Shown here one piece after another: positions 36,676 to 45,164 of a stretch of DNA of 64,000 nt; position 1 is the stretch's first letter, and each line of letters begins with the position of its first letter. A program made the position numbers and the translations under genes. The DNA lies in assembly GCA_963801165.1 (NCBI GenBank), contig CAWDDT010000009.1:448001-512000 (forward strand), given 5' to 3'. The DNA comes from an uncultured bacterium (GTDB lineage: Bacteria; Actinomycetota; Acidimicrobiia; Spongiisociales; UBA5794). Under the pieces are notes generated by a model. That model did no database searches, had not been told where the DNA came from, and saw only the letters and a list, made by a program, of their open reading frames with translations.

Positions 36676-37269
36676 GTGAAGGTTGCTGCGCTGGTCCTCG
36701 CCGCTGACTCCGGCACAGGTTTCACGCGGTCCAAGTATCTCGCACCGTTCCGGAACTCGACGCTGATCGAAGAGGTCGTTGCCGAGGTCCACCAGTGGCC
36801 TGTCGATCTGGTCATCGTTGTGCTCGGGCCCGATGCCGAAGAGATAGTCGAGAAGGCAGACCTGGGCGATGCGATGATCGTCATCGATCTCGAGTGGGGT
36901 GAAGGGGAGGCCGCCTCCCTCCGCGTTGGCATCGACACTCTCTACCGGCTCGACGAGTTCGAAGCCCTGGTCCTCATTCACGCAGATGAGCCGGGATCCC
37001 GGGGTGAGGAGGTGCTCCGTCTGCTCAACAAGCACGCTGAGTCTCCTCGCGAGGCGGTGGTGCCCAAGTACCGGTATGCGGTTGGTCATCCGGTTGTCGT
37101 CGGCGAGATGCTGTGGGGCCGCCTCATCACCATGGAGGGGAGCGCAAAGGTCGACCAGCTCTTGCAGGCTCACGCGGATTGGGTGGATGAGGTCTGGTTC
37201 GACCGACTTCCGGGACGCCGGGTGCTCACACCCGACGACCTGCTCGACATCCAGTCGGTTCGTCACTGA
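36676..37269 (+). CDS. MobA/MocA-like nucleotidyltransferase family protein (degenerate motif)
   Basis: AALVLAA...F..SK.L, W.EG.AASLR.GI, D.P, GHPV. Confidence 0.8.
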   Translation: MKVAALVLAADSGTGFTRSKYLAPFRNSTLIEEVVAEVHQWPVDLVIVVLGPDAEEIVEKADLGDAMIVIDLEWGEGEAASLRVGIDTLYRLDEFEALVLIHADEPGSRGEEVLRLLNKHAESPREAVVPKYRYAVGHPVVVGEMLWGRLITMEGSAKVDQLLQAHADWVDEVWFDRLPGRRVLTPDDLLDIQSVRH

Positions 37270-37393
37270 GACACCACCCGGTTGCCCTCCAAGCCGTCTG
37301 GCATTTCGGATGGGGACGTCGGTATTCTCTGAACCGTGTGATCGGAAAGGCAGGGGCTCGACGCACTTGGAAAGATGATCGGGAAGGACGGGT

Positions 37394-37798
37394 ATGGCGT
37401 CGATCGATACGATCGAGGGGATCGGTCACAAGCAGGCAACGAGCCTCCGCAAAGCGAGGATTCGCACCGTCGAATCACTTCTCAAGAAGGGAGCGACACG
37501 CCGGGGCAGGCGCGAGGTCGCCGCGGCGACCGGAATCAGCGAGAAGCTCATCCTCGAGTGGGTGAACCGCGCCGACCTGATGCGTGTGCGAGGTGTTGGT
37601 GAGGAGTACTCCGACCTTCTCGAATCCGCCGGTGTCGATACCATCAAAGAGTTGCGTCGCCGCAATGCCGCAAACCTGCTGGCAGCCATGGTCGAGATCA
37701 ACGATAAGAAGTCACTCGTCAGGCGTTTGCCGACCACAGCAATGGTTGAGCGCTGGGTGGAGCATGCGGTGGAACTCGACCCCATCGTCGAGCACTAG
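37394..37798 (+). CDS. DUF4332 helix-hairpin-helix protein
   Basis: IEGIG, WVNRADLMRVRGVGEEYSDLLE.AGVDT.KEL.RRN. Confidence 0.92.
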   Translation: MASIDTIEGIGHKQATSLRKARIRTVESLLKKGATRRGRREVAAATGISEKLILEWVNRADLMRVRGVGEEYSDLLESAGVDTIKELRRRNAANLLAAMVEINDKKSLVRRLPTTAMVERWVEHAVELDPIVEH

Positions 37799-37852
37799 GC
37801 ACGGTTTCCGGCGAGGTGCTCGGCATCCTCTTCCGGAGAGAGAGGGAACGAT

Positions 37853-37885
37853 GAAGCCCCCGGCATTGGACGCCGGGGGCTTCTT
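37853..37885. terminator. Intrinsic terminator between convergent genes
   Basis: 12-bp perfect stem GAAGCCCCCGGC/GCCGGGGGCTTC with short T tail. Confidence 0.8.
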
Positions 37886-37980
37886 GGTTGACTGAGAAGG
37901 CGAAGCAGGGAGGGAGGGAGAGCTTCGACGACGTTGAGGTCGCTTCTTCCCAGCCAGGTCTAGGTTGGCCGGGGGTGTTG

Positions 37981-38409
37981 CTACTTGGCGGCAGCGGTCT
38001 TCTTGGCAGCAGGTGCCTTCTTGGCCGGAGCCTTCTTGGCCGGTGCCTTCTTGGCGGCGGAGGCCTTGGCTGCCGGGGCCTTCTTCGGCTCCTCGGTCTT
38101 CTTCTCCGTCTCGGGGGCGAAGGACTCGCGCCAGTTGTTGAGCGTAGTCTCGAGCTGGTCACGCAGCTGCTCGACGCGGCCCTGGACCTTGTCGATGTTT
38201 ATCCGCTGCTCGAGCTCTTCGACCACGTTGCGCTCCTGGAGCTGCGTGGTGACCTTCTTGCCTTCGGCTGCGTACGCGTCGATCTGCGTCTGGGCATCGG
38301 CCATCATCTTGGTGCCGAGTTCCTTCACCTTGCGAGCCACCACGACGGGTGCTCCCACGGCGACGTATGCCGACTTCTTGACGACCTCTTTGGATGTCTT
38401 GAGTTCCAT
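37981..38409 (-). CDS. HBHA/TadA(MLDS)/phasin-like protein with PAKK-repeat tail
   Basis: YVAVGA motif, amphipathic coiled coil, C-terminal KKAPAKKAPAKK; directly downstream of an XRE regulator as in Rv0474-hbhA. Confidence 0.75.
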   Translation of the reverse strand: MELKTSKEVVKKSAYVAVGAPVVVARKVKELGTKMMADAQTQIDAYAAEGKKVTTQLQERNVVEELEQRINIDKVQGRVEQLRDQLETTLNNWRESFAPETEKKTEEPKKAPAAKASAAKKAPAKKAPAKKAPAAKKTAAAK

Positions 38410-38411
38410 TG

Positions 38412-38753
38412 TTACTCCTCTGTCGCGCCGCTGACGAAGCTGTTGTAGATCTCCAGCAGCGCATTCTTCTGTGTCTTGGTGAGCGTCTCGTCCGCGCTTA
38501 TCGCGTCCGGGACGTCTCGCCTCTTTCCGACTTCATCGAGCAGACCGGCCCGCTCGTACAGCGTCTCGGCCGAGATCGACAGCGCCCTGGCGAGCGACTT
38601 GAGGATCTCCGCCGACGGCTTCCTGAGCCCGCGCTCGATCTGGCTGAGATACGGGTTGGAGATACCGGCGGCCTCCGCCAGCTTGCGTAGCGACATGGCG
38701 CTTCGCTCGCGTTGGTGACGGATGTATTCGCCGACGTTGCCCATCTGCTTCAT
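38412..38753 (-). CDS. XRE-family HTH regulator (Rv0474/MLDSR-like)
   Basis: GEYIR.QR....SLRKLA..AGISNPYLSQIERGLRKPSAEIL..LARAL.ISAETLY. Confidence 0.93.
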   Translation of the reverse strand: MKQMGNVGEYIRHQRERSAMSLRKLAEAAGISNPYLSQIERGLRKPSAEILKSLARALSISAETLYERAGLLDEVGKRRDVPDAISADETLTKTQKNALLEIYNSFVSGATEE

Positions 38754-38792
38754 TGTTAGCACGATAACGCAAAGTGCTAGCAATTGCAAGCA
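38754..38792. promoter_or_regulatory. Triple TGCTAGCA-like palindromic operator
   Basis: TGTTAGCA 38754-61, TGCTAGCA 38775-82, TGCAAGCA 38785-92 immediately upstream of the XRE start. Confidence 0.7.
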
Positions 38793-38794
38793 GT

Positions 38795-39940
38795 CTATAT
38801 GGCCGACCCCCGCTGCGCCAGCAGCTCGTATAGGTTCTGCTGGATGGCCTCTCTGATCTCCTGGGTCCGCTCCAGCATCTCGAGCGGGTCAGGATCGGAT
38901 CCCGAGTGCGACGGCATGATCGGGTCGAGAAACCGGATCCGCCACCGGATTGGCAGGGGGATCAGGTTCAGGTATACGGCCATCTCATCGACGCGCTGTG
39001 ACGGCCAGATGAGCCGCACCACCCGGGCGAGGATCTCTGAGGAGAAGACCGCTGGGTGGACCTCGTCGGAGCCCACGATCGCCACCGGAACGACAGGTGC
39101 CCCGTGCCGCTCAGCGATGGTGATGAAGCCGCCGCGACCGAAACGCTGGACGTGGTAAGCCTGCGAGAAGGGTTTCTGGAACGCACGCACGCCTTCGGGG
39201 AAGACGCCGACCATCTTTCCGGTGCGCAGCAGGTAGTCGGCATCGCCCCGCGAGGCGTAGACGCCGCCGACCTTGCGGTAGAGGTGGGAGAGGGTCGGTG
39301 TTGCGTTGAACACCTCGGTGGCCATGATCCGGGGGCGGCGCGGAGCGGCCATCTCGTTGGTGACCGCCAGGGTCAGCATGGCCGCGTCGTAGGGCAGGGC
39401 GGCGCCGCCGTGGTTGGCGACCAGGAGCACAGGCCCCGAGTCGGGGATGTTGGCGACACCCTCGACCTCGACCCGGAAGTACTCGAAGTAGAGGTAGTTG
39501 AGCACGTGCCACACCATCTCGGCAACGATGGGGTCGAGCCCGATCGGGTCGACGTTGTATGTGGCGAGCCATAGCTGGCGGAGCACCGTCGGCCAGGTGT
39601 CGAACCCGAGCCGCCCCGTGGCCGGTATCGCCAGGTCGGAGTCTCCGAGACCGCCGTGCAGGGAGCACCGGTCCCGAGAGCGGATAACGGGAAGCCCGCA
39701 CGGACGACCCTCGGCCCCGCGCCAGTTGCAGGAGATCGAGTGATCTACGAACGAGTTGAGCCGGGCATTGAGCAGGTTCCGCCGCTGCTGCGGCGTAGCG
39801 CTTGCGGCGGCCGCTTGCGGTGGTGGGATGCTGCTCAGGCCGGCCACGAGCTCCTGTTTGGTCATCCGGCTGCGGCCGGAAAGGTTGCGTCTGCGGGCCA
39901 TCTCGAGGAGCTGCTTCTTGCTCAGGTCGTCGAGATTCAT
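38795..39940 (-). CDS. Lysophospholipid acyltransferase (PlsC-like) with N-terminal Rho-N-like and Cys/His Zn-finger-like modules
   Basis: NHGGAALPYD, VFPEG, FGRGGF, PVVPVAIVG; N-terminal LSKKQLLEMARRRNLSGRSRMTKQELV and C..C..C.LHGG. Confidence 0.88.
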   Translation of the reverse strand: MNLDDLSKKQLLEMARRRNLSGRSRMTKQELVAGLSSIPPPQAAAASATPQQRRNLLNARLNSFVDHSISCNWRGAEGRPCGLPVIRSRDRCSLHGGLGDSDLAIPATGRLGFDTWPTVLRQLWLATYNVDPIGLDPIVAEMVWHVLNYLYFEYFRVEVEGVANIPDSGPVLLVANHGGAALPYDAAMLTLAVTNEMAAPRRPRIMATEVFNATPTLSHLYRKVGGVYASRGDADYLLRTGKMVGVFPEGVRAFQKPFSQAYHVQRFGRGGFITIAERHGAPVVPVAIVGSDEVHPAVFSSEILARVVRLIWPSQRVDEMAVYLNLIPLPIRWRIRFLDPIMPSHSGSDPDPLEMLERTQEIREAIQQNLYELLAQRGSAI

Positions 39941-40884
39941 CGCAGGCCAGACGGAGCCAGCGAGCGGCGGAAACCGTTCGTGATCGCTACCCGGATGGCA
40001 TCGTTCGGCTGGAAGCCGAGCACCTCGGTCATCCGGGTCGTGTCGGCCACGAGCCCGTATTGAACGAGATGCTTGATGTGCTCGGGAAGATAGATGTTGG
40101 CCCGCCTCATCCCCTTGATAGCGATGTCGTAGGCACGGGACGGGAGCGGCTGTGGTGCCCGTCTCCCGAGCCGGAGGATGCGCGAGAGGTAGAGCTGGCC
40201 GGGGGCGGCAATGTTGAAGGCTCCCGGCTCGGGGTGGTCGATGGCATGCTCGATTGCCCGCACCGCGTCGTGACCCGAGAGGAGCTGTAGGCGGGGGTCG
40301 TAGCCAAGACGGGTCGGGACGACGGGTAGTCGCAGATACCGGCTGACGGGGTTGTCGACATCGACGCCGAAGATCGGGGCGAAACGAAGGATTGTGAATA
40401 CCGCATCGCCGCGCACCGCTGCTGCGTCTGCCGTGTAGCCCTCGACCTGCTCCAGATCCCGGCCGTAGCGACCGCGCTTCCCGGCAAAGGCCGTGTCCTC
40501 GGTGACTACCGAAGGGCAGCGAGGCCCCATGCCGTAGATGCAGAGATCGGACTTGACCACAACTTGCTTGATGGATCGGCAGCGGCGGATGGCGCCGAAT
40601 AGAGCCTGGGAGCCGACAACGGCCTCGTCGTGGGCGCGCCGACCCCCGAGCATCGCCGAGCGGTCAACAGTTTGCAGGTGAACCAGTGCGTCGGGTGCGG
40701 CGTCGATGACGAAGTGGGCGAACTCCGCGTTGTCCAGCTCGAAGATCCGTACCTCGGTGTTGAGCGGCACCGGCGCCGGGATCTCGTCGACCGCGATGAC
40801 GGCGACGTCGGGTATGCGCTCGAGTCGCTCGATGAGATGACAGCCGGTCCAGGTTGCGGCACCGGTCACCAGGATTCGCCTCAT
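39937..40884 (-). CDS. NAD-dependent epimerase/dehydratase (Rv0501-like)
   Basis: ILVTGA, VVKS..YG...P....ED, LGYDPRLQ; coupled to the acyltransferase gene. Confidence 0.88.
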   Translation of the reverse strand: MRRILVTGAATWTGCHLIERLERIPDVAVIAVDEIPAPVPLNTEVRIFELDNAEFAHFVIDAAPDALVHLQTVDRSAMLGGRRAHDEAVVGSQALFGAIRRCRSIKQVVVKSDLCIYGMGPRCPSVVTEDTAFAGKRGRYGRDLEQVEGYTADAAAVRGDAVFTILRFAPIFGVDVDNPVSRYLRLPVVPTRLGYDPRLQLLSGHDAVRAIEHAIDHPEPGAFNIAAPGQLYLSRILRLGRRAPQPLPSRAYDIAIKGMRRANIYLPEHIKHLVQYGLVADTTRMTEVLGFQPNDAIRVAITNGFRRSLAPSGLR

Positions 40885-41002
40885 AGCCCCCCAGCCTACA
40901 ATTTCAGGCCCGCCCTCTCTCTGGCTACGAGCAGGCGTATCCTCCTATCCTGGCCCAGGCACTGCGGAGCGATCCATGCAATCCACAAAAGGGGATGAAT
41001 CC

Positions 41003-42013
41003 TTGATCATCGTCATGGCGAAAGACTGCTCTGCCGAGGACATAGCTCAGGTCATCGAGCGGCTGCGGGCGATCGGGGCCGAAGCCCATGTTTCCGAGGG
41101 CAAACAGCGGACGGTCATTGGCGTCGTGGGTGATCGCACCGCGATCCAGCTGCTGCCGTGGGAGGCGTTCACCGGGGTGGAGCGTGCGGTCCCGGTGCTC
41201 AAGCCGTTCAAGTTCGTCAGCCGCGACTTCCAGGTTGAGGACACCGTTGTCGACGTTGGCGGCGTTCCAGTGGGTGGCGGGCACTTCGCTGCCATTGCCG
41301 GGCCGTGCGCAGTGGAGTCACGGGAGCAGCTGTTTGCGGCTGCCGAAGCAGTCGCCAAGGCGGGCGCCAAGATCCTTCGCGGCGACGCCTTCAAGCCACG
41401 GACTTCGCCCTACTCGTTTCAGGGTCTTGCCGAGAAGGGTCTCGAGCTGATGGCGGAGGCCCGTGACGCGTTCGGGATGCCGTTCGTCGCCGAGGCTGTC
41501 GACCCCCGTGATGTGGAGTTGGTGAGCAGCTACGCCGATTTGATCCGGGTGGGCACGCGGAACATGGCGAACTTCACGCTGCTCTCGGAGCTGGGGAGGC
41601 AGGACAAACCGGTGATGCTCAAGCGGGGCCTCACCGCCACAATCGAGGAATGGCTCAACGCCGCCGAGTACATCTACAAGGAAGGCAACCACGACGTCAT
41701 CATGTGTGAGCGGGGCATTCGCACATTCGAGACGGCGACCCGCAACACCCTCGACATCTCTGCCGTGCCGGTGCTCAAGGAGCTTTCCCATCTTCCTGTC
41801 GTCGTTGATCCGTCGCACTCGGGGGGCAGGCGGTCGCTCGTCGCGGCGTTGACCCGGATCGCGGTTGCCTCAGGCGCAGACGGGTTCATGGTCGATGTGC
41901 ATCCGGCGCCCGAGACTGCTCTGGTCGACGGCCCCCAGGCGATTCTGCCCGGTGAGTTTGCAGAGTTGATGGATCAGGTGCGGGCCCTTCGCACCGTCAT
42001 GGAATCCTTCTAG
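41003..42013 (+). CDS. aroF: DAHP synthase type I-beta with N-terminal regulatory domain
   Basis: AGPCAVES, KPRTSPYSFQG, G.RNM.NF, LKRG, CERGIRTFE, DPSH; TTG start. Confidence 0.95.
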   Translation: MIIVMAKDCSAEDIAQVIERLRAIGAEAHVSEGKQRTVIGVVGDRTAIQLLPWEAFTGVERAVPVLKPFKFVSRDFQVEDTVVDVGGVPVGGGHFAAIAGPCAVESREQLFAAAEAVAKAGAKILRGDAFKPRTSPYSFQGLAEKGLELMAEARDAFGMPFVAEAVDPRDVELVSSYADLIRVGTRNMANFTLLSELGRQDKPVMLKRGLTATIEEWLNAAEYIYKEGNHDVIMCERGIRTFETATRNTLDISAVPVLKELSHLPVVVDPSHSGGRRSLVAALTRIAVASGADGFMVDVHPAPETALVDGPQAILPGEFAELMDQVRALRTVMESF

Positions 42014-42022
42014 AGGCCGTTG

Positions 42023-43045
42023 ATGCCCACTGCCGCCATCGCCGGGACGGGGCTGATTGGTGCCTCGATAGGGCTCGGTCTGACGCGCGCCGGCTGGGCG
42101 GTCACCGGGTGGGACCCGAGCCGGCAGCGGCTCGATACCGCCGTCGCCATCGGCGCAGTCGCGAACCGCAGTGGCTCGTTCGACGAGCTGGTGGGGCGCG
42201 CCGTGGACCTGCTGGTGCTCGCCGGGCCGCCGCGGGCGATCCTGGAGCAGGTCGGGGCCCTGACGACCGGGGCGTTGGTGATCGACGTCGCCGGGGTCAA
42301 AGGTCCCATCGTTGCCGCTGCCGGCGCTCCCAGGTTTGTCGGCACGCACCCCATGGCAGGGCGGGAGATCCAGGGTCCGGAGGGGGCGACCCCTTCGCTG
42401 TTCCGGGGAGCGACCTGGGTGATCGTCACCGACGGCGCCGCCCCTGACGATCTCGACATGGTCGAAGACATCCTCGTCCAGCTGGGCGCCCGCCCACTGC
42501 GGATGACCGCCGCCGCCCACGATGCCGGCGTCGCCATGATCAGCCACCTTCCTCAGGTTCTGGCGACGACTCTCGTCAACGAAGCTGCGGACCGTACCAA
42601 GACGCTCGAGCTGGTGGCGGGCAGCTTTCGTGATCTGACCCGGGTTGCCGCATCCGACCCCGCGATGTGGATCGATCTGTTCGAGATAAACCGGCCGAAC
42701 GTGGTGGCGGTCATCGAGGATTTCCGGGAGCGGCTCGGTGCAGTCGCCCGCGCAATCGGTGCCGATGACACCGACGGGATCAGGGACTTTCTCGATCGGG
42801 GCCGGGAGGTTCGGCGCGGTCTCGCCCCCGGCGCCGTGGCGATACGTGTGGCGCTCGCCGACGAGCCCGGTGAGCTGGCCCGGGTCGGCCGTGCTTTTGG
42901 CGCATCCTCTGTCGATATTCGTGATCTACAGCTCCGTCATTCCCCCCACGGCGGCGGTGGTGTGCTCACGGTGTCGGTGCGCCCCGGTGAGGAGGAGGCG
43001 CTGCGCACCGCACTGGGCGACGAGGGGCTTCTGGTTCTGGACTAG
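42023..43045 (+). CDS. tyrA: Prephenate dehydrogenase with C-terminal ACT domain
   Basis: G.GLIG.S, DVAGVK, GTHPMAG.E, HD...A.ISHLP, FRDLTRVA.S, D.PGELA. Confidence 0.93.
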   Translation: MPTAAIAGTGLIGASIGLGLTRAGWAVTGWDPSRQRLDTAVAIGAVANRSGSFDELVGRAVDLLVLAGPPRAILEQVGALTTGALVIDVAGVKGPIVAAAGAPRFVGTHPMAGREIQGPEGATPSLFRGATWVIVTDGAAPDDLDMVEDILVQLGARPLRMTAAAHDAGVAMISHLPQVLATTLVNEAADRTKTLELVAGSFRDLTRVAASDPAMWIDLFEINRPNVVAVIEDFRERLGAVARAIGADDTDGIRDFLDRGREVRRGLAPGAVAIRVALADEPGELARVGRAFGASSVDIRDLQLRHSPHGGGGVLTVSVRPGEEEALRTALGDEGLLVLD

Positions 43046-43059
43046 GTCGGAGTCGCCCA

Positions 43060-43089
43060 GCTGGGAAAGGTGCGTTTCCCAGCGTTCTT
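43060..43089 (+). terminator. Putative intrinsic terminator after tyrA
   Basis: GCTGGGAAA-N6-TTTCCCAGC followed by GTTCTT. Confidence 0.6.
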
Positions 43090-43127
43090 GCGTACATGGT
43101 GCCGGGCGGTTTCAGATACGCCGGAAG
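43083..43127. repeat. REP-like imperfect palindrome, copy C (divergent)
   Basis: CGTTCTTGCGTA...TACGCCGGAAG; same TTCTNGCGT/ACGCNNGAA ends as copies A and B. Confidence 0.4.
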
Positions 43128-43148
43128 CAGGACGGTCGCTGCGTGTGG

Positions 43149-43487
43149 TCAGTAGCTGAGCAGGGTCTTGATGACAGTGGTGGCTTGGCTGCTGATGTCT
43201 CGATTGACGGCGCCGAGTCGATGGACCAGTCGGTTGCGGTTGATCGATCTGATCAGTTCGCACTGGATGTAGCTGGTGGTGTCGAGACCGGTCTCGGCGG
43301 TTGCCTCGACTTCTACGTGAAGTGATAGCCCTCGTCGGGCGGTAGTCAATGGGGTGACAATCACGAAGGGAAATCCAGGACCGAAGGTGTCGGGCGGACC
43401 GACGATCAGCGCCGGTCGGTACGACGCCGGCTCGCCGGGGTACGGCTGGCCGAAATCGACGAGCCAGAGATCATCAACCGATGCCAT
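43149..43487 (-). CDS. PemK/MazF family toxin
   Basis: DLWLVDF..P..GEP...RPALIV, IVTPLTT, CELIRSI...RL..RLG. Confidence 0.92.
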   Translation of the reverse strand: MASVDDLWLVDFGQPYPGEPASYRPALIVGPPDTFGPGFPFVIVTPLTTARRGLSLHVEVEATAETGLDTTSYIQCELIRSINRNRLVHRLGAVNRDISSQATTVIKTLLSY

Positions 43488-43710
43488 CGCTCACCGACGT
43501 GTTGTCCGCCTCAGCAAGGTAGGCCTCCCATGCCTGAGGGCTCTCACGGAGCTTGTCGAGTTCGGCGGCCACCTGGTGAGCAAAACGTTGCCGGCTGAGG
43601 GCTTCGGTGGCATCACGTACCGTCTCGATCAGCGATGCCCCGCTCTCTTTGCTCAAGTCGAGAAGGCGGGCGTGTGTGTCGGTATCGACTCGAATCGTTG
43701 TCGTTCCCAT
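43474..43710 (-). CDS. Cognate antitoxin (RHH-like)
   Basis: TTIRVD..T...L..L; acidic C-terminus (DGIG); overlaps the toxin gene; TACAT-A-ATGTA palindrome upstream. Confidence 0.82.
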   Translation of the reverse strand: MGTTTIRVDTDTHARLLDLSKESGASLIETVRDATEALSRQRFAHQVAAELDKLRESPQAWEAYLAEADNTSVSDGIG

Positions 43711-43769
43711 ACCATCAGTCTACATAATGTATGCGCCACGGTCTACACTCAGGGCCGGCGGGGGACTGA

Positions 43770-44987
43770 CTAGGGGCGGAGCCGGATCGGGACGGACTCG
43801 TAGCCGTGGATGGTGAAGGTGTGGTGCCGAACCGGGTCGCTGCGCAGCTCCATTTCCGGGGCGGTCTTGGCGAGCGTTGCCAGACCCTCGGCGAGCTCGA
43901 TGCGGGCGAGCGGGGCGCCCAGACAGTGATGGGTTCCGCCGCCGAAGCCGACGTGATTCGCCGCGTGCCGGCGGGCGTGGAACGCGTCCGGGTCGTCGAA
44001 GGCACGCGGGTCGCGGTTTGCCGAGCCGAACAACATCCCGATCTTGTCGCCGAACGCCAGCGTGGTGTCTGCGATTTCGACGTCGTCCTCGAGGACCCAC
44101 CGCTCGAACAGCTGTAGCGGCGCATCCCAGCGCACCATCTCCTCGATGGCGATCTGTGGTGCTACCCAACCATCGACCACCCGATGCCATTCGTCGCGGT
44201 GGGTCAGGAAAGCGGTGATCCCGTTTCCGAAGGTGTTGACGACCGCCTCGTGGCCGGCGTTGAGCAGCACGATCGTCGTGGAGACGATCTCTTCGTCGGT
44301 GAGTTGCTCGCCATCGACCTCGGCGTGCACGAGGTCGCCGATGAGACCACCTCGCGGCTTGTCGCGATGGAAGTGGATGAGTCCCCGCACATAGCGGTCA
44401 AACAATCCGGCGGCGTCGGCGGCACGCCGGGCCTGGTCGTCCGTTGTGTTCAACTCGTACATCTTCACCATGCGGTGTGACCAGTCGAGCAGGTCCTTGT
44501 GGTCTTCGAACGGGACACCCAGCAGCCGGCAGATGATTGCCACCGAGTAGGGCTGGGCGAAGTCGGCCAACAGGTCGATGTCGTTCTGTTCGAGGAGCAC
44601 GTCGAGGATCAGTCGCGCCGTTTCTTGTGACGGTTCCCGCATCGCCTCAACAGCGCGGACCGTGAATGCTTTGGATACGAGCTGGCGAAGCCTGGTGTGC
44701 TCGGGAGGCTCGAGCTCGAGCAGAGAGTGTTGTTCCACCTTCCAGAATGAGCTCCACCGCGGATCCCGCGGCGTTGCCCCGATCTCATCCCCGGTGGTCA
44801 CGTGGTCGTAAACCCGACCGAGGCGCCGGTCGCGGAGACATGCTTTGACATCCTTGTGTCTGGTAACCATCCAGAGGTTCGATGGCTCGTCGTAGATCAG
44901 CGGAGCTGATTCACGCATCTCGGCCAGCGCCGGATACGGATTCTGGGTGAATTCCCGGCTGGTCACGTCGAGTAGCGAGCTGTTCAT
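43770..44987 (-). CDS. Cytochrome P450
   Basis: EPPEHTRLR, AGHEA, EEMVR, NRDP, FGGGTHHCLG heme motif. Confidence 0.97.
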   Translation of the reverse strand: MNSSLLDVTSREFTQNPYPALAEMRESAPLIYDEPSNLWMVTRHKDVKACLRDRRLGRVYDHVTTGDEIGATPRDPRWSSFWKVEQHSLLELEPPEHTRLRQLVSKAFTVRAVEAMREPSQETARLILDVLLEQNDIDLLADFAQPYSVAIICRLLGVPFEDHKDLLDWSHRMVKMYELNTTDDQARRAADAAGLFDRYVRGLIHFHRDKPRGGLIGDLVHAEVDGEQLTDEEIVSTTIVLLNAGHEAVVNTFGNGITAFLTHRDEWHRVVDGWVAPQIAIEEMVRWDAPLQLFERWVLEDDVEIADTTLAFGDKIGMLFGSANRDPRAFDDPDAFHARRHAANHVGFGGGTHHCLGAPLARIELAEGLATLAKTAPEMELRSDPVRHHTFTIHGYESVPIRLRP

Positions 44988-45020
44988 AGCCCGAACCTAC
45001 TCACTAGACACCAGATCGCG

Positions 45021-45037
45021 TAACCGATTATCGGTTA
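45021..45037. promoter_or_regulatory. Perfect palindromic operator between the divergent P450 and MetH-domain genes
   Basis: TAACCGAT-T-ATCGGTTA. Confidence 0.65.
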
Positions 45038-45164
45038 TGACTGATTCTTGGGGGGCTCGCCCACCCGCTTCGCTACGGGTTCGAGTTCGGAGGTTGGGGT
45101 AATCCACGGTTTATTGGCGGTCTTGGCTTATCGTCGAGTCGATGAAGACCCAACCGTGTCGGCA

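Noticed and set aside
37985-38090. Short tandem DNA repeats resembling an array
   Set aside because: Explained by the PAKKA coding repeat; no CRISPR-like repeat-spacer structure was seen anywhere in the window.
41378-41410. RGDAFKPRTS instead of RGGAFKPRTS in DAHP synthase
   Set aside because: Single substitution with catalytic KPRTS intact; significance cannot be judged.
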